A DNA stretch of 58,100 nucleotides, filler included, from Basidioascus undulatus (taxonomy: Eukaryota): the NCBI GenBank assembly GCA_000826855.1. It is 6 parts of 6 records of this genome, joined end to end, with 100 filler letters (N's around TTAATTAATTAA, not from the genome) between each part and the next. Parts side by side here need not be neighbours in the genome. Positions count along the whole stretch, not along the records: positions 1 to 9,215 come from JTLS01001282.1; positions 9,316 to 20,952 come from JTLS01001283.1; 4 more parts are not named here. One strand, 5' to 3'. The stretch's first letter is position 1. Every line of letters starts with the position of its first letter. The notes beneath the pieces were generated by a model. That model made no database searches and had not been told where the DNA came from. It saw nothing but the letters and a program-made list of their open reading frames with translations. Shown one piece after another: positions 1 through 11,130 of the stretch. A program made the translations under genes and the position numbers.

Positions 1-540
1 CCCCACCCCTCTTCCTCACCCTCCTGCGCCTCTATCTGCGCCCCTCGCCCCCCCACCAAGCGCAGCTCGACCCGGCGCTCTCCCTCCTCTCCCGACACCC
101 AGCGGAGATCGACCTCCTCGGGGCCCTCGACCTCCTGCCCCCGCTCGTCGGCCTCGCAGACACGCGCACGTTCCTCGAGCGCGCCCTGCGCGCGGGGACG
201 CGCGAGCGGCTGCGCAACCAGGTCGGGAGGGAGGTGGTCAAGGCCCGGCTAGACCAGGTCGGGCGCGGACTGATGGGCCTGCAGAGTCGGCGCGTGCGCA
301 TCACAGAGTCGAGGACGTGCGTTGTCGACTCCTCTCCCGTTATGCTTGTGCTTAAATAAGCTGATGGATGGACGGACGCACGAGCACAGATGCCCCCAGT
401 GTCATAAGCGCCTCGGCAACTCCGTCATCGCCGTGCACGCCCCGCGCGGGGAGGTCACGCACCTGGGGTGCAAGGACGAGTTCGGGCGCAAGCTCGCGGA
501 GGAGCTGAGCTTCGTGCAGCGCTTGGGCGGGCCACCATGA
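1..540 (+). CDS. VPS39: Vps39/Vam6 (HOPS subunit) C-terminal part; 5' end outside the window; intron 317-389
   Basis: Spliced translation LFLTLLRLYLRP...IDLLGALDLLPP...FLERALR...LQSRRVRITESRT|CPQCHKRLGNSVIAVHAPRGEVTHLGC... matches the Vps39_2 domain and C-terminal Zn-finger. Intron is GTGCGT...CACAG; stop TGA at 538-540. Confidence 0.85.
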
Positions 541-1551
541 CAGTCGGTCGGGGCTGCGTTTTGGCTCTTTTTCCTCATCCTGTTCCACCTAATTTCCGAC
601 ATTACACTTGAGCACTGAGCATTCCATCATCGCCCTCAATAGTGTAGCATGCGTTGCTTGCCGTTAAGCCTGCCTGGAGCATTGGCGTGCAGCTTCCCCC
701 TGGACTTCGCAACTATGCATGCTCGACATCGAAGCCGTGGCACGACTGGGCCGTCCAATTTCATACCCCTTCGCATCGACATATGAGCTTGCGTTTCATG
801 TTATCTGCAACCTCAAGACTTCCGGCGAGGACTCTCAGATGTCTGTCTTGGAAAAGCGTCCCCAATGTCTTCATACACTAGCGTTGCCGTGACTATTTAT
901 CTTCGTTACTCTTGTGAAAGACATATGAGGCTAATGAGAGGGACACCTGAAGAGAATGCTCCAAAGTTCAAGAGCATTGCATGGGTCCCCTTGGGTAAAT
1001 TGTTTATGTAAAATGGTGCCATGGAGCAACGACGTATAGCAGGCTGGCACACGGACTCGGGACTTACTCGATGCGGAACAGGTCTCTCCTACGTAAGTTT
1101 GGAGGCAGTTTATCTCCCATCTTAAAGGGCGGAGTCGAAATACTTCAGTTCCTGGTCAGTTACAGGGAAGGACAGGGTACACCAGCCAGTAGTATCAGTA
1201 GTGTCAACAATGTGCGTCGCCGTGAAGGTGGCAATGAAAAATGCCCAACACACAGGTACTGCATGGCCATGCAGTGATCAAGGACCGTGACACCAGTGAC
1301 GTTTCTGACAGGGATGTTGAAGTGGGGTAGTTTGTCTGCGTGGGGCGGATTGAACCAGCGGTCATTCTCGTTGTTGACACGCACGACAAGTTGGAGCTCC
1401 TGGCTCAGAGGGCGAGTAGTGAACGATGCGGCGAGGGGCAAGTGGGCGAGAAGGAAAGAGTTGTCTCGGGATTGTCGTTGAGGTTGGGGCCGCAAGTCGA
1501 GCAAACCACTTCGGTGAGTTGAAGCCTGATCTCTCTGGGCTCTGTGGTTAA

Positions 1552-2020
1552 GGGACTGTCCCTGGCTGGAGGACCATCTCTGGCTGGATGAAAGTTCCAG
1601 GCTGTGGGGCTGTCTTTGGGTGGAGGACAGTCCTTGACTGGAGGACTGTAATTTATGGAAGGACAGTCCCTGGCTGGAGGACTGTCTTTCGGTGAAGGTC
1701 TGTCACTGTCTGGAGGACGGTCCCTGGCGGGAGGATAGTCTTTGGCTGAAGGATGGTCCTTGAGTGAAAGACTGTCCATGATTGAAGGACTGTCCTTGAC
1801 TGGGGGACAGTCCATGGGTGAAGGGCATTCCTTGGTATGAATAATCCCTGAGGAGAGGACAGTCCATGGCCAAAGGACTGTCCATGAAGGGAGGACTGTC
1901 CATCAGTGGGGACAGTCCTTGGGGGGAGGAGAGTCCTTGAGTGAAGGACCGCCTTCAGTGAAGGACAATCCCTGGCTATTGGACGAGTGACAGTCCTTAA
2001 GTGTGGTACTGTCCCTGCCT
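1552..2020. repeat. Degenerate 18-bp tandem minisatellite (~25 units), core palindrome GGACNGTCC
   Basis: Successive units include ggactgtccctggctgga, ggacagtccttgactgga, ggacggtccctggcggga and ggactgtccttgactggg. They produce the D-x-P-P-x-K/R repeat in the minus-strand ORF 1405-1815. Confidence 0.9.
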
Positions 2021-2279
2021 GAAGGACAAAGCCTAGCAGAAGGGAATAGCAAGAGAAAAAAGTGAGATCTAGAAGTAGAAGAAGATCACCAAGACCAAAG
2101 TGAGACAGCAACTCTGAGGTTAGATAGAAGATCTGCTTCAAGGCACAAATAAGAAATAAGAATGGAGTATATTCAGCAGCCCATCACCCTGCCGCCGCAA
2201 TCCAATCTGCCATCAACCTGCCCATCCTTTGGCCAGATCAGCTTTTCTTCCAACCATAACAAAACTGTACAATGTGTCA

Positions 2280-2700
2280 ATGACAGACACCCTGCAGACA
2301 ACCCCTATCTATCATAGACACACTGCAAATACAGCCCGTCTATGATAGACACAGGGTAGACTTGACCTGGCTATGGTAGACACTGGAATGTCTATGGTAG
2401 GCAGCCTGCAGACACCCCTGTCTAGCATACACACCCTGTGGAACTTCAGACACATTTCTATTATTCCAGACACATGTCTATTCTTCCAGACGCATGTCTA
2501 TTCTTCCAGACACACCCTGTTAGTAGTTTCAAACACAGGTCTATCATTCCAGACACATGTCTATTATTCCAGACACCTTTCTATTTCTCTAGACATATGT
2601 CAATTTCCACAGACCCTTCCTCTTTGGATGTTCAGACATGTGCCTATTCTTCTAAAGATGTGTCAATCCTTTAAGACCCAAGTCTAGTTTTCCAAATGCA
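2280..2700. repeat. Degenerate ~20-bp tandem repeat, core AGAC-N4-GTCT
   Basis: Units such as ttccagacacatgtctatta and ttccagacgcatgtctattc recur. Confidence 0.8.
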
Positions 2701-2769
2701 TATGGCATATGAAATTTCAGAGACAGGCCTATTTTTTCAGATGCACAGGCTAGCAGTATTCCCTACAAT

Positions 2770-4560
2770 GAGTCAGACTGAAGCTGTCTGTTGCACATGG
2801 TTTGGTAACACTGAGGCTGTCTTCCTGAGAGTGTGCTTGAAGCAGCCTTCCTTGGACTCCCATCTTACTGTGCCTTGACTGCAGAACAGCAGAGGTTGTG
2901 CTGGTCCTGAAGCAGTATTAAGAAGACTGAAGCAGACTGGAGTAGTGTTGGCAAGACCGAAACTGTCTTAATCAGTCTTATCCAGTCTTGAGCTGTTGGG
3001 ACCAGTCTGAAGCTGTGTTGGCCTCATTGTCACAGTCCTACCCAGACTAATGTGGTCTGAAGCAGTCCAGAGCAGTCCAGAGCCAGTCTGAAGCAGTCCA
3101 TAACCAAACTCAGGCAGCCTTCTCCAGACAGAAACAGACTTGGCCAGACTCACACAGTCTTGGTGAGTCTGATGTAGGTCTTCTTAGACTAAAGGAGTCC
3201 TGGTTTGAGTTAAGCAGGCTTTCTGAGACTGCAACAGTCCAAAGCTGTGTGAAGCAGTCTCGCTTGTGCAGTTTGAGGCAGTCTTGTCTTTTCCGGAACT
3301 CAAGCAGCCTCATTGTAACTGAAGCTGTCTTGTGGAGGCTGAAGTAGTCTTATCTAGACTGAAGTATTCCTTGCTCAGACTGAAGCAGCCCTGCTTAGAC
3401 TAAAGCAGTCTAATGGACTGAAGCAGCCTTGACTTGATTGCCCCAATGCAGCAGTCTTTGCTAGGGAGAAGCTGTTTATCCAGTTAGAACCTGCCATAAC
3501 TCAACCAAAGAAGTAAGCTTGCCCTTCAGAAGGCAAGCATCAGAAGACTGTAATATTCTCCAGAAGGTGGGCTTCACCTCCAGATGGCAGCCATTTCTTT
3601 CAAAAGATGAACTTCACCTTCAGATGGCAGTTAATTCCTTCCAAAAAGGATGTCCCCCTTCAGAAGAAAATCCTTTCCTTCAGAGATGAGCTTCACCTTC
3701 AGGTGGCAGTCATCCCTTACGGAAGATGACCTTCCCTTCAGAAGGCAAGCTTCCCCTTCAGAAGACCAACATTGTTCAGAAGGTGGGCTTCTCCACTGGA
3801 AGGGAGTCATCCCTTTCAAAACACAGTCACTGCAAGGACCATCAATGCAATGACTGTCACTTTCATTGCAACAACTCTCACTGTCTGAGGAAAACTGTCT
3901 GAGTGAGGACTGTCTGTGCACAGACAGTGTGTGAGCTGTGACAGTCAGAGGTGTGATGGCCATAGCAATGACTGTCACTACAATGACTGACTATCTGAGC
4001 TGTGGCTGTCTGCTGTGTGACTGGACCTTTCCTCCACAGGGCAGAGAACCCCTCTGCAGTGTGGGGAACTTGGTCTGGGTGGAGAACCTCTCCACCCCCT
4101 GGAGAACCTCTCCACCATCTGGGGACACTCACCACCAGATGCACTTGCATGCAAGATACACTTCCAACATTGTCGGAAATATCATCCTGAGTGTTTGTAC
4201 AAAGTACTTCCCTCACAGTCCCTTGCCTGGTTCTGATTACAGCCTTGCACTCTGCCAGTACTGAACAGACAGACTTGCCAGATCACTCACATGCAGTTAT
4301 ATACTTCCAAACAACCTAAGAAAGTTCACCTTGAGCATGTGCACAGGGGTTGTTCACTTGCAATCCCTTGGGTTTTCTTCTGGGTGAGAGGGCTTTCTCC
4401 TAGAAGAGTTTCTCCTGCCCCAGGAGATTCTCCTCTAGTGATGGGCGATTTTCTTCTGGCAAGAAGAATTTCTTCTAGATGAGTTTTTCTTGCACCAGGA
4501 GAGTCTCTTCTAAGCTAGGAGATTCCCTTCCGCAGCAGGAGATTGCTTCTGATTGTGAGG
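2770..4560. repeat. Consecutive degenerate minisatellite arrays (agactgaagcagtc; cccttcagaagg; gacWgtc/cactgtc; ggagattctcct), CpG-depleted; probable transposon relic
   Basis: Arrays at about 2770-3430, 3520-3800, 3825-4020, 4060-4130 and 4385-4560. CG dinucleotides are almost absent compared with the CpG-rich genes elsewhere. Confidence 0.7.
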
Positions 4561-4879
4561 TACAATTGTCCATGGGCTGTACTGATTCTCCACTTGAAGC
4601 AAAGATGCTCTGCTCTATCCAACAGGCAGATGCTCCAGCTGATGGAAAGATGATCCACCCGACATAGCAAAACCTTCATGCCCATGTCCGTGTCCCTACA
4701 GATGTCCCTCAACAAACCCTGTCAGTCTGCAACAACTGCCCTAGCCTCCTCGTCATGCTAACTTCCATTTGTAGACCGTAGATCATAGACCGGCACATTG
4801 CGTGGGCATGATCTTCTTAAGGACAAAGTGGGAGTGCCAGGGCTGAGGCATTGGGATGGAATGCAAGGTTAAGACTGTC

Positions 4880-5337
4880 ACAGGACTGTGTTTTGCAAGA
4901 AGTGATAATGACACTTTCGAGGTAAGAAGGGCATGGGGGGCGTGTTGGATGGCGTGGAGCAGAAGCAGACGTGGGCGTTGCAGGCCAGTCGGACCGCTGG
5001 CAAAACGCGGAGCAATAGGGGACTGTTCATTCGGATTAGAGATACAGCGGAGACGTAGGGGGGGTACTCAGGTCGTTGCCCAGAAAAGTTTCACCAGACT
5101 GCAGCGTCCACACACCCGCAGCTTTGGTCCGCCCGGCGGCGCGGGCTTGTCACAGTTCTGGCAGGTCCCATACGCGCGCGAGAGGGAGGACGTAATTTGG
5201 ATCTCGGGTATGCGGGAGGATTCGGAAAGGGAGCTGGGTTGTGGGGCTGCTGGAGAGGCTGGGTGGACGACGCTGATGGTGGTGGGTGGAAAGGTAGGAC
5301 GTCCGAATGGAGACACGTGGGGCAGCGGCGGAACCAT
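4880..5337 (-). pseudogene. MYND-type zinc-finger gene, disrupted or truncated
   Basis: CQNCDKPAPPGGPKLRVCGRCSL..(intron)..PYCSAFCQRSDWP.(H)AHVC gives the CxxC/CxxC/YCSxxCQxxDW/HxxxC pattern. Two 1-nt corrections are needed to restore the frame. Confidence 0.6.
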
Positions 5338-5893
5338 GGTCCGCGGCGAGTGCCCGCTGCGAAACTTTGTCGGTTCGATATTGAGCAAAAGGATCACGGT
5401 TCGTACACCAACATTCACGAGGACATGTTACACAGTCTGTCATGCTCACCAGGCAGGACGGATAAAGGTCACATTGCGTCTGTTGCAGCTTTTAACCGAC
5501 ACTGGCAGTAGTACTGACGTTCTTTCTAGCCGTGGTTTCAATCAATAAGTAAGATAGTCCGAACAATGATAATCACTGAGAATCTTTAGACGGCGTGTTG
5601 ACTATCTCTTGGCGTTGACCAAACGTGCAGTGGCGGGGCCGAGCTTTTCAAACATCTTCCTGACGAGGTTGACGTTAGCAGCCCCATACTCATTCATAAT
5701 TTTGATTTGTTTAAATGGAATGTGCTGTCAGTTCCTGGTTTTATCTGTCAACTACCGTGCTTTGAACTTGGCCTCATGCATGTTGAGGATCCGGAGCTTC
5801 CAACGCCCACGCATGCACATTCAACGCTGGTTTGGAGGCCCAGGCCGCTTTGGTTCAGTGCATAAAGCAGATGTGTTATAGCAGGATCGATCT

Positions 5894-6676
5894 CTAGTAC
5901 AAGCTCAGGGCTCCTCTCGTGCACCCCATCGCTTCCCGACCCGACGAAGGCAGTGGGACAAACTCGACCGCCTTCCATCCCCCTCCCGCTGATCCGCCCT
6001 CCCCCTCGCCCTGAAGCTCACACCTTAGGTGCTCCAGATAGTCCTTGTATTCAGGCGGGACATCCCTCCACGGTAGGTCAATCGTCACCAGCTTGAGCTG
6101 CGGGGTGCGCGAGACCTTTTCCTTTGCGTGCCGCCGCACGAAGCGGAGGTCGTCGACGTTGAAGACTTGTATAACTGAGAGCTGTTCGATTGTGTTGGGC
6201 ATGTAATACAGATAGGCCATCATCCACGGCTTGATCGTCAAAGCTAATAGGCTTGGCGTGAGGAGCTTCAAATGAGCGAAGACGGTGTCCACGAGCATCG
6301 CTGCGGAGATCAAGATCCCAACCGTGGAAGTGCTAGGGAACGACTGCGCGATGGTGAGGCAAAGCCGTCGAGTGTGCCGAAGCGAGCTTTTCGCCGTTCC
6401 AAGGGACCGAAAGTCTCGGTAGATGTACTCTCCACAGAACGGTTTGAGGATGTTCAGGTCCGCAATGTGGATTTCCTCGTACAGCAGCGACGTCGCCTGC
6501 GAGTGCCACTGCTTGTTTACGAGGGCAGCAGATGCGAGTGAGCGGGGATCGAGGTAGCCGAGCACGTGCGCCAGCAGCTCCGGGAGGCGGTGCCAACTCG
6601 CTGCGTCGAGGGGCACGATCGAAAGCGACAGCGAGCTCGAGGAGGAAGCGAGTTGGTTCGAGTGCGTGTGAGCCAT
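5894..6676 (-). CDS. F-box domain protein, single exon, 260 aa
   Basis: Open ORF with N-terminal LPELLAHVLGYLDPRSLASAALVNKQWHSQATSLLYEEI F-box motif. Confidence 0.75.
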   Translation of the reverse strand: MAHTHSNQLASSSSSLSLSIVPLDAASWHRLPELLAHVLGYLDPRSLASAALVNKQWHSQATSLLYEEIHIADLNILKPFCGEYIYRDFRSLGTAKSSLRHTRRLCLTIAQSFPSTSTVGILISAAMLVDTVFAHLKLLTPSLLALTIKPWMMAYLYYMPNTIEQLSVIQVFNVDDLRFVRRHAKEKVSRTPQLKLVTIDLPWRDVPPEYKDYLEHLRCELQGEGEGGSAGGGWKAVEFVPLPSSGREAMGCTRGALSLY

Positions 6677-9017
6677 GGTGAGAAGGAACTACTTGGTGAA
6701 TGCTGGTGGTGATGGTGGGAGGACAGGAAGTGGTGTCCTGGGCATGCGTCAAAGCAATCTGTACCGGGGCCGCGTGGGCACCTTGTGGTTCCTGGAGCGG
6801 GTACACAAACAAACCAGCGGATGCCGACCAGAACCGCTCTGGACAGCAGACAGATGCCGCTTCATTTGCTGCGACCAAAAAGGAAAAATCCCTCAAGAAT
6901 CACGAGCTTTCATACCCCCGAAAAAGGTGCTTGTGATTGCAAGTGAGACGTTGCACCGTCAGCTGTACAGGCCGAGCCGAAAGCGAGCGGCCATTGACAG
7001 TGGACTACCCGTACCGGCTGCAGCGCACAATAGGTCACTCTTCCCAGTTCGATATTTTATGCTCATCAGACCATAGTAAGTTAAGGAAGCACATATTCCG
7101 GAAGAGACAAAAAAGGCAGAGGGGCAGAGGATGCCTACAAACCCGCTGCACAAAGGCAGAGCTAGACTGAGTGAATCAAGGGGATGGGCTCTTCCTCTGC
7201 CGAATCGTAAATATGCATCCAAATATATTTGAGGGATTATACTTGCACGTCAGCTTCGACATCCACACTGAGATGGAATACATCGTCTTCAACGGCGAGC
7301 ACCAAGACCGTACCGTGCCCGCCCAGAGCCGTGCTCGCACTTTCACTTCCCTGCGCTATCTCAGATCATGAAAAACCCCCTGTTTAAAGGAAGTTCCTTG
7401 GGAAGACGTGATGTGTCTATCAGTCGACCAGTGGCATTGTCACTGACGCTCCTGAGTCAGGAGTAGCACAGCAGAGCGGCACCCCCTTTTTCCCTCCGTC
7501 CACTGCATTGCGTTCTTCCCATGAGATCCCCCTCCGAATCATCAATTTAAAGTCTGCGAAGAAGTTCCCGGTGATAGCGAGATTGCTAATATGCTCCCAA
7601 ACCAACGCTAACTTACGCTGCATGGGAGACGGACCGTGCATCAGCAAGGCGCCTTCGCTCTCGGGGGGCTGGACTTGGCCCGCATGCATGTAGGGAAGGA
7701 GAGCCTAAAGATTTCACTTGGGAAGGTCATGGGAGTAAAGGGAGAGGCGCCCGATAGTTCCCTGTCTGTCGACCCTCTAAGAGCAGATGCGGCCGACGCA
7801 GCGACGCAGTGCCCAAGGCAGCTAACCACCCACCCATGCACAGAGGTTCAAAATACCTTCCTCTAGTTCTTTTCCCAGCCAAGATCTTTCCTTCAGCCAG
7901 TTGACCCAAGCGTTTTGAGCCTCAGTGCCTCAGCTCGAGCGCTCTCTGCAACACCTGAGTCGTGCACAGTCTACGCGATACGCCGGAGCAGCGGCGCCGC
8001 CTCACTTAGTCTAGCATTTCTTGCCTTGTCCACTCCCTCATCCAGGTCGCACACGGTGATAAAGTATGTGGAGGGGTTGGGCAAACGGTTGATACTTGCA
8101 TGCCAGCCTGCCGCGGCCGCACTGCCGTAGCAAATTGCGCATCTCGTTCACCTCTCATCTGTGAATACACCCGTGCGCACAGCGTCGATCTATACTTCGA
8201 CATTTCCCATCCCCATAGCGGGATATTTCATCCCACATCCGACACGTCCCACAGAGCACAACATGTGAAGATGAGCAGAGCAGGTCGAGCGGCAGCGGTC
8301 AGTCTCGCAACTGTTGCAGGCAGTCCTGGCATACTCATGCTTATTCCTTGCTGATGCTACAAAACACACTAAGACACGATTACTTGCTCCATGAGTTTGA
8401 GACCCTGTCCCGTACTCTCTCTCTAACTAGTCCACTGACTCCCCTTGCCGCATCAGTCCAATCGCCTCCTCCTCGGCATGCGTAGTTCGGAGTACGTAGT
8501 TCGTAGTTCGTAGAACACAACCAAGTCGTTTCCACAATGGCCATGGAGAGCCTCATCGACGTGATCATTGTGAAAATCAGCTTCCTCGCCCTGGGGTGAA
8601 CGGCACACAAATACAGCCTGTCTACCCACGTCAGACTTTGTGGCCGTTCCACTTAATCTTCTGCGATGCAGTTGCCGCCTGTGTACGTGAAGCGGCACCG
8701 CTGTCGCTTGCCTCGAGCGCTATTCGACGGTTCGTGTTGCAGCGTTCGAGTACAATATTTTCGAAATATTGTCATTGGCAAGGGGATCAGACCCAAAGCG
8801 ACAAGTAACCTAACAATTTGGCACTCCTCCTCGTCGCGGTGCTCAGAGAACATCTACCTCACGTGAAGTGCCGACCAACGCGTTGCGCGCCTTCCTCCCT
8901 TCCTGCCCTCGCTCCTCAAACGCCGTCGAGATCCTCGCCCTCCTCATCCCCTTCGCATCCTACACATCTTCAAGCACATAACTATCACACACAACACCGC
9001 ACACTCGATTGTCTACG

Positions 9018-9215
9018 ATGGACAATACGTCCCCCTACACGCGCCCGAGCGCGCCCGTCGCGGTCAACTACGCCTCGTACGACTCCTCATCCTCCGGTAC
9101 GTCCGCTTCTACGCCCCGAACACCTGGCTCGTCACAGGCGTACCTCGGTGAGGCATCTCCAACCCCTTTCTCACTCACCACAACCTTCAAACTCTCATCT
9201 GATCTACCTCACCGA
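9018..9215 (+). CDS. 5' start of an unidentified Ser/Thr-rich protein, cut by contig end
   Basis: ATG after a pyrimidine-rich 5' UTR, MDNTSPYTRPSAPVAVNYASYDSSSSGTSASTPRTP, GC3-rich codons, possible GTGAGG donor at ~9148. Confidence 0.4.
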
Positions 9216-9315
9216 NNNNNNNNNNNNNNNNNNNNNNNNNNNNNNNNNNNNNNNNNNNNTTAATTAATTAANNNNNNNNNNNNNNNNNNNNNNNNNNNNN
9301 NNNNNNNNNNNNNNN
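9216..9315. other. Artificial contig linker N44-TTAATTAATTAA-N44
   Basis: Same 100-nt spacer as at the four other joins; stops in all six frames. Confidence 0.98.
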
Positions 9316-9838
9316 GCCCCTGCCCCGCCCGCGCCGTGCCCCCGGACCCATCCGCCGGAGGAGCGCCGACTCCGTCTGCTTCCGCAGACGCATCTTGGAA
9401 AACTCCTTCACGGCGTACTTCCGCCCCGTTCGCGTGTCCAGCGCGAGCTCGACCGTCCCGAACGCGCCTTGCCCGAGCAAGGGGCCGAGCACGTAGTCGT
9501 TTAGCTGGCGGCGGCCATCGGCGAGCTCGACGGACTCGGCGTTGAGGGTCTCCTGCACTCCCCGGGGGTGCGCGTTTCAGCAGAGGAGGAGGGGAGACAG
9601 AGGGCAAGCAACGCACTTTGACGAAGTGGCTGCTCTTCCGGCGCGTATGCAGCGACTTTGTACCCTCACCCGAGGGAGAAGCGGACGACGCTGAGCTCGC
9701 CCCACCCTCCTCTTTCAGCGCGGGCGGGACAGCCAGCGAGTCGGATCGCCGTGGCTGGTCGTGCTCGTGCTGCTCAGGAAGCTGCGGGGGCGCGGAGGCC
9801 GGCGGGGAAGCGTAGATCGCTGGGGGTGGGTCGCTCAT
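9316..9838 (-). CDS. Ca2+/calmodulin-dependent protein kinase kinase (CAMKK, CmkC/Ssp1-like), 5' part; intron 9553-9616
   Basis: HFVK|ETLNAESVELADGRRQLNDYVLGPLLGQGAFGTVELALDTRTGRKYAVKEFSKMRLRK contains the Gly-loop, the catalytic Lys (AVK) and the fungal CAMKK 'VKETL...AVKEFSKxRLRK' signature. Confidence 0.85.
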
Positions 9839-10484
9839 GGCCGGGTATGGGAATCAAGAAGGAGAAAAGGTGGATGAGAGAAAGAGGAAGATGGTAGGAT
9901 ACAAAGAGCGCAATAACCGAGCGCAGCACACTTGAGGGGATCAAGATGCTTCAGGACCATCGCGCGGCGCGCGGCACGCCCTGAGCCGAACGGCGCGATT
10001 GCTGATCAGTTGGTTCCTCGTCCTTCCGGCGCGGCCGTGTCGTGTACGCTGGCACACAACGCTGACATGCTGACAACATGGTGATATCGAGCGGACTAAA
10101 AACAATTTCAGAGGTGTAAGTAAGGAGGTGAATGCGTGCGCGCGCCGATCCAAACCGATCCAATGTGCGGACGGGACCAGAGATAACGAGCGGAAGCAGT
10201 CGATTGCGGGGCGTTGGCGGCTGACCGTCGCCAACTCGTCGCTTGTTCGCTGTTCCTCGTCGTTGTACCTTCCCGACACTACAACGTTTTCAAAGCTGTT
10301 TGAAAAGGCAACCTTGAATTCAGTTCGACCATTCAAACCAATGAGTGGGAATGGCCAGAAAGGCAAGCAGTCCGTCTCCCGAGAGTCACACGCGTCCTCC
10401 GCGCGTCCTCCGCGCGTCTTCCTTCTCTCCTCCCACCACCATCTCCCTACCTACCTACCTCCCCCCTCTGCGCCCATTCCCACC

Positions 10485-11130
10485 ATGCGTCCCCTCCCCC
10501 TCCCACCGCCGCTCCCCGTTCTCCTCCTCCTCCTCTCGCTCCTCATCCCCCTCGCATACGCAAACACAGAAATCATCCAATTCACCTCTTCCCCCTCCCC
10601 CTCGCTCCCCTCCTCCCTCTTCTCCGCGCCGCGCCTCCGCCCCAACGTCCCCCACCGCATAACGCGCGCGCTACCTTCCGAGGAGCGGTGGGCGCTAGAG
10701 CTGGATGAGAAGGACGGGGAAGGGGAGTGGTGGAGGAGCTTCCACTTCTCGCGATGGACCGTGAGGGTATCCTACGCCGCTACAGTGCGTCCTCCCTCTT
10801 CTCCCCTATCTCCCACTTTCACTCACTCCCGCACAGACACCCGCCTCAATCCACCTCTCCCACACCTCCGAAGGGCTCCGCCTCTTCCTCCGCCCCGAAG
10901 CAGTCCCCATCCCCCCGCACCCCACGCCCACGAGCATAGAGCTCGACATCCTTCTCGAGCCCCTCTTGTTCGGGGCGGTGCCGCTGAGCGTCCTCCCCGC
11001 CGCCGGGTGGCTGGTTGGGCTGGCGGCTTTGGCGGCGGGAGTGGGCGTGGGGGCGGTGAGGAGGGTGGTGGCGGGGGTGCTATTCGGGGAGGAAGAGGAG
11101 GGGGAGAAGGCGAGGGGGAAGGAGGATTGA
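10485..11130 (+). CDS. PGA1: Pga1-like GPI mannosyltransferase II co-activator; intron 10785-10836
   Basis: Signal peptide followed by ANTEII; then WTVRVSYAAT|TPASIHL, LEPLLFGAVPLSVLP and a C-terminal TM helix. This resembles yeast Pga1 (ANTE, IKVCWSAIHPISI). Splicing restores the frame to TGA 11128-11130. Confidence 0.7.

Noticed and set aside
1405..2141. Repeat-protein ORFs (D-x-P-P-x-K/R)
   Set aside because: They are by-products of the 18-bp minisatellite in CpG-depleted DNA, with frame breaks and no gene context.
1552..4560. CRISPR-like array
   Set aside because: Units are short, degenerate and tandem without unique spacers. The context is eukaryotic and there are no cas genes.
8481..8512. 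Short CGTAGTT repeats upstream of the gene at 9018
   Set aside because: Only a few copies of a 7-mer, indistinguishable from slippage without functional data.
9260..9271. Recurrent TTAATTAATTAA palindrome as a biological motif
   Set aside because: It is always centred in 88 Ns and is an assembly spacer with six-frame stops.
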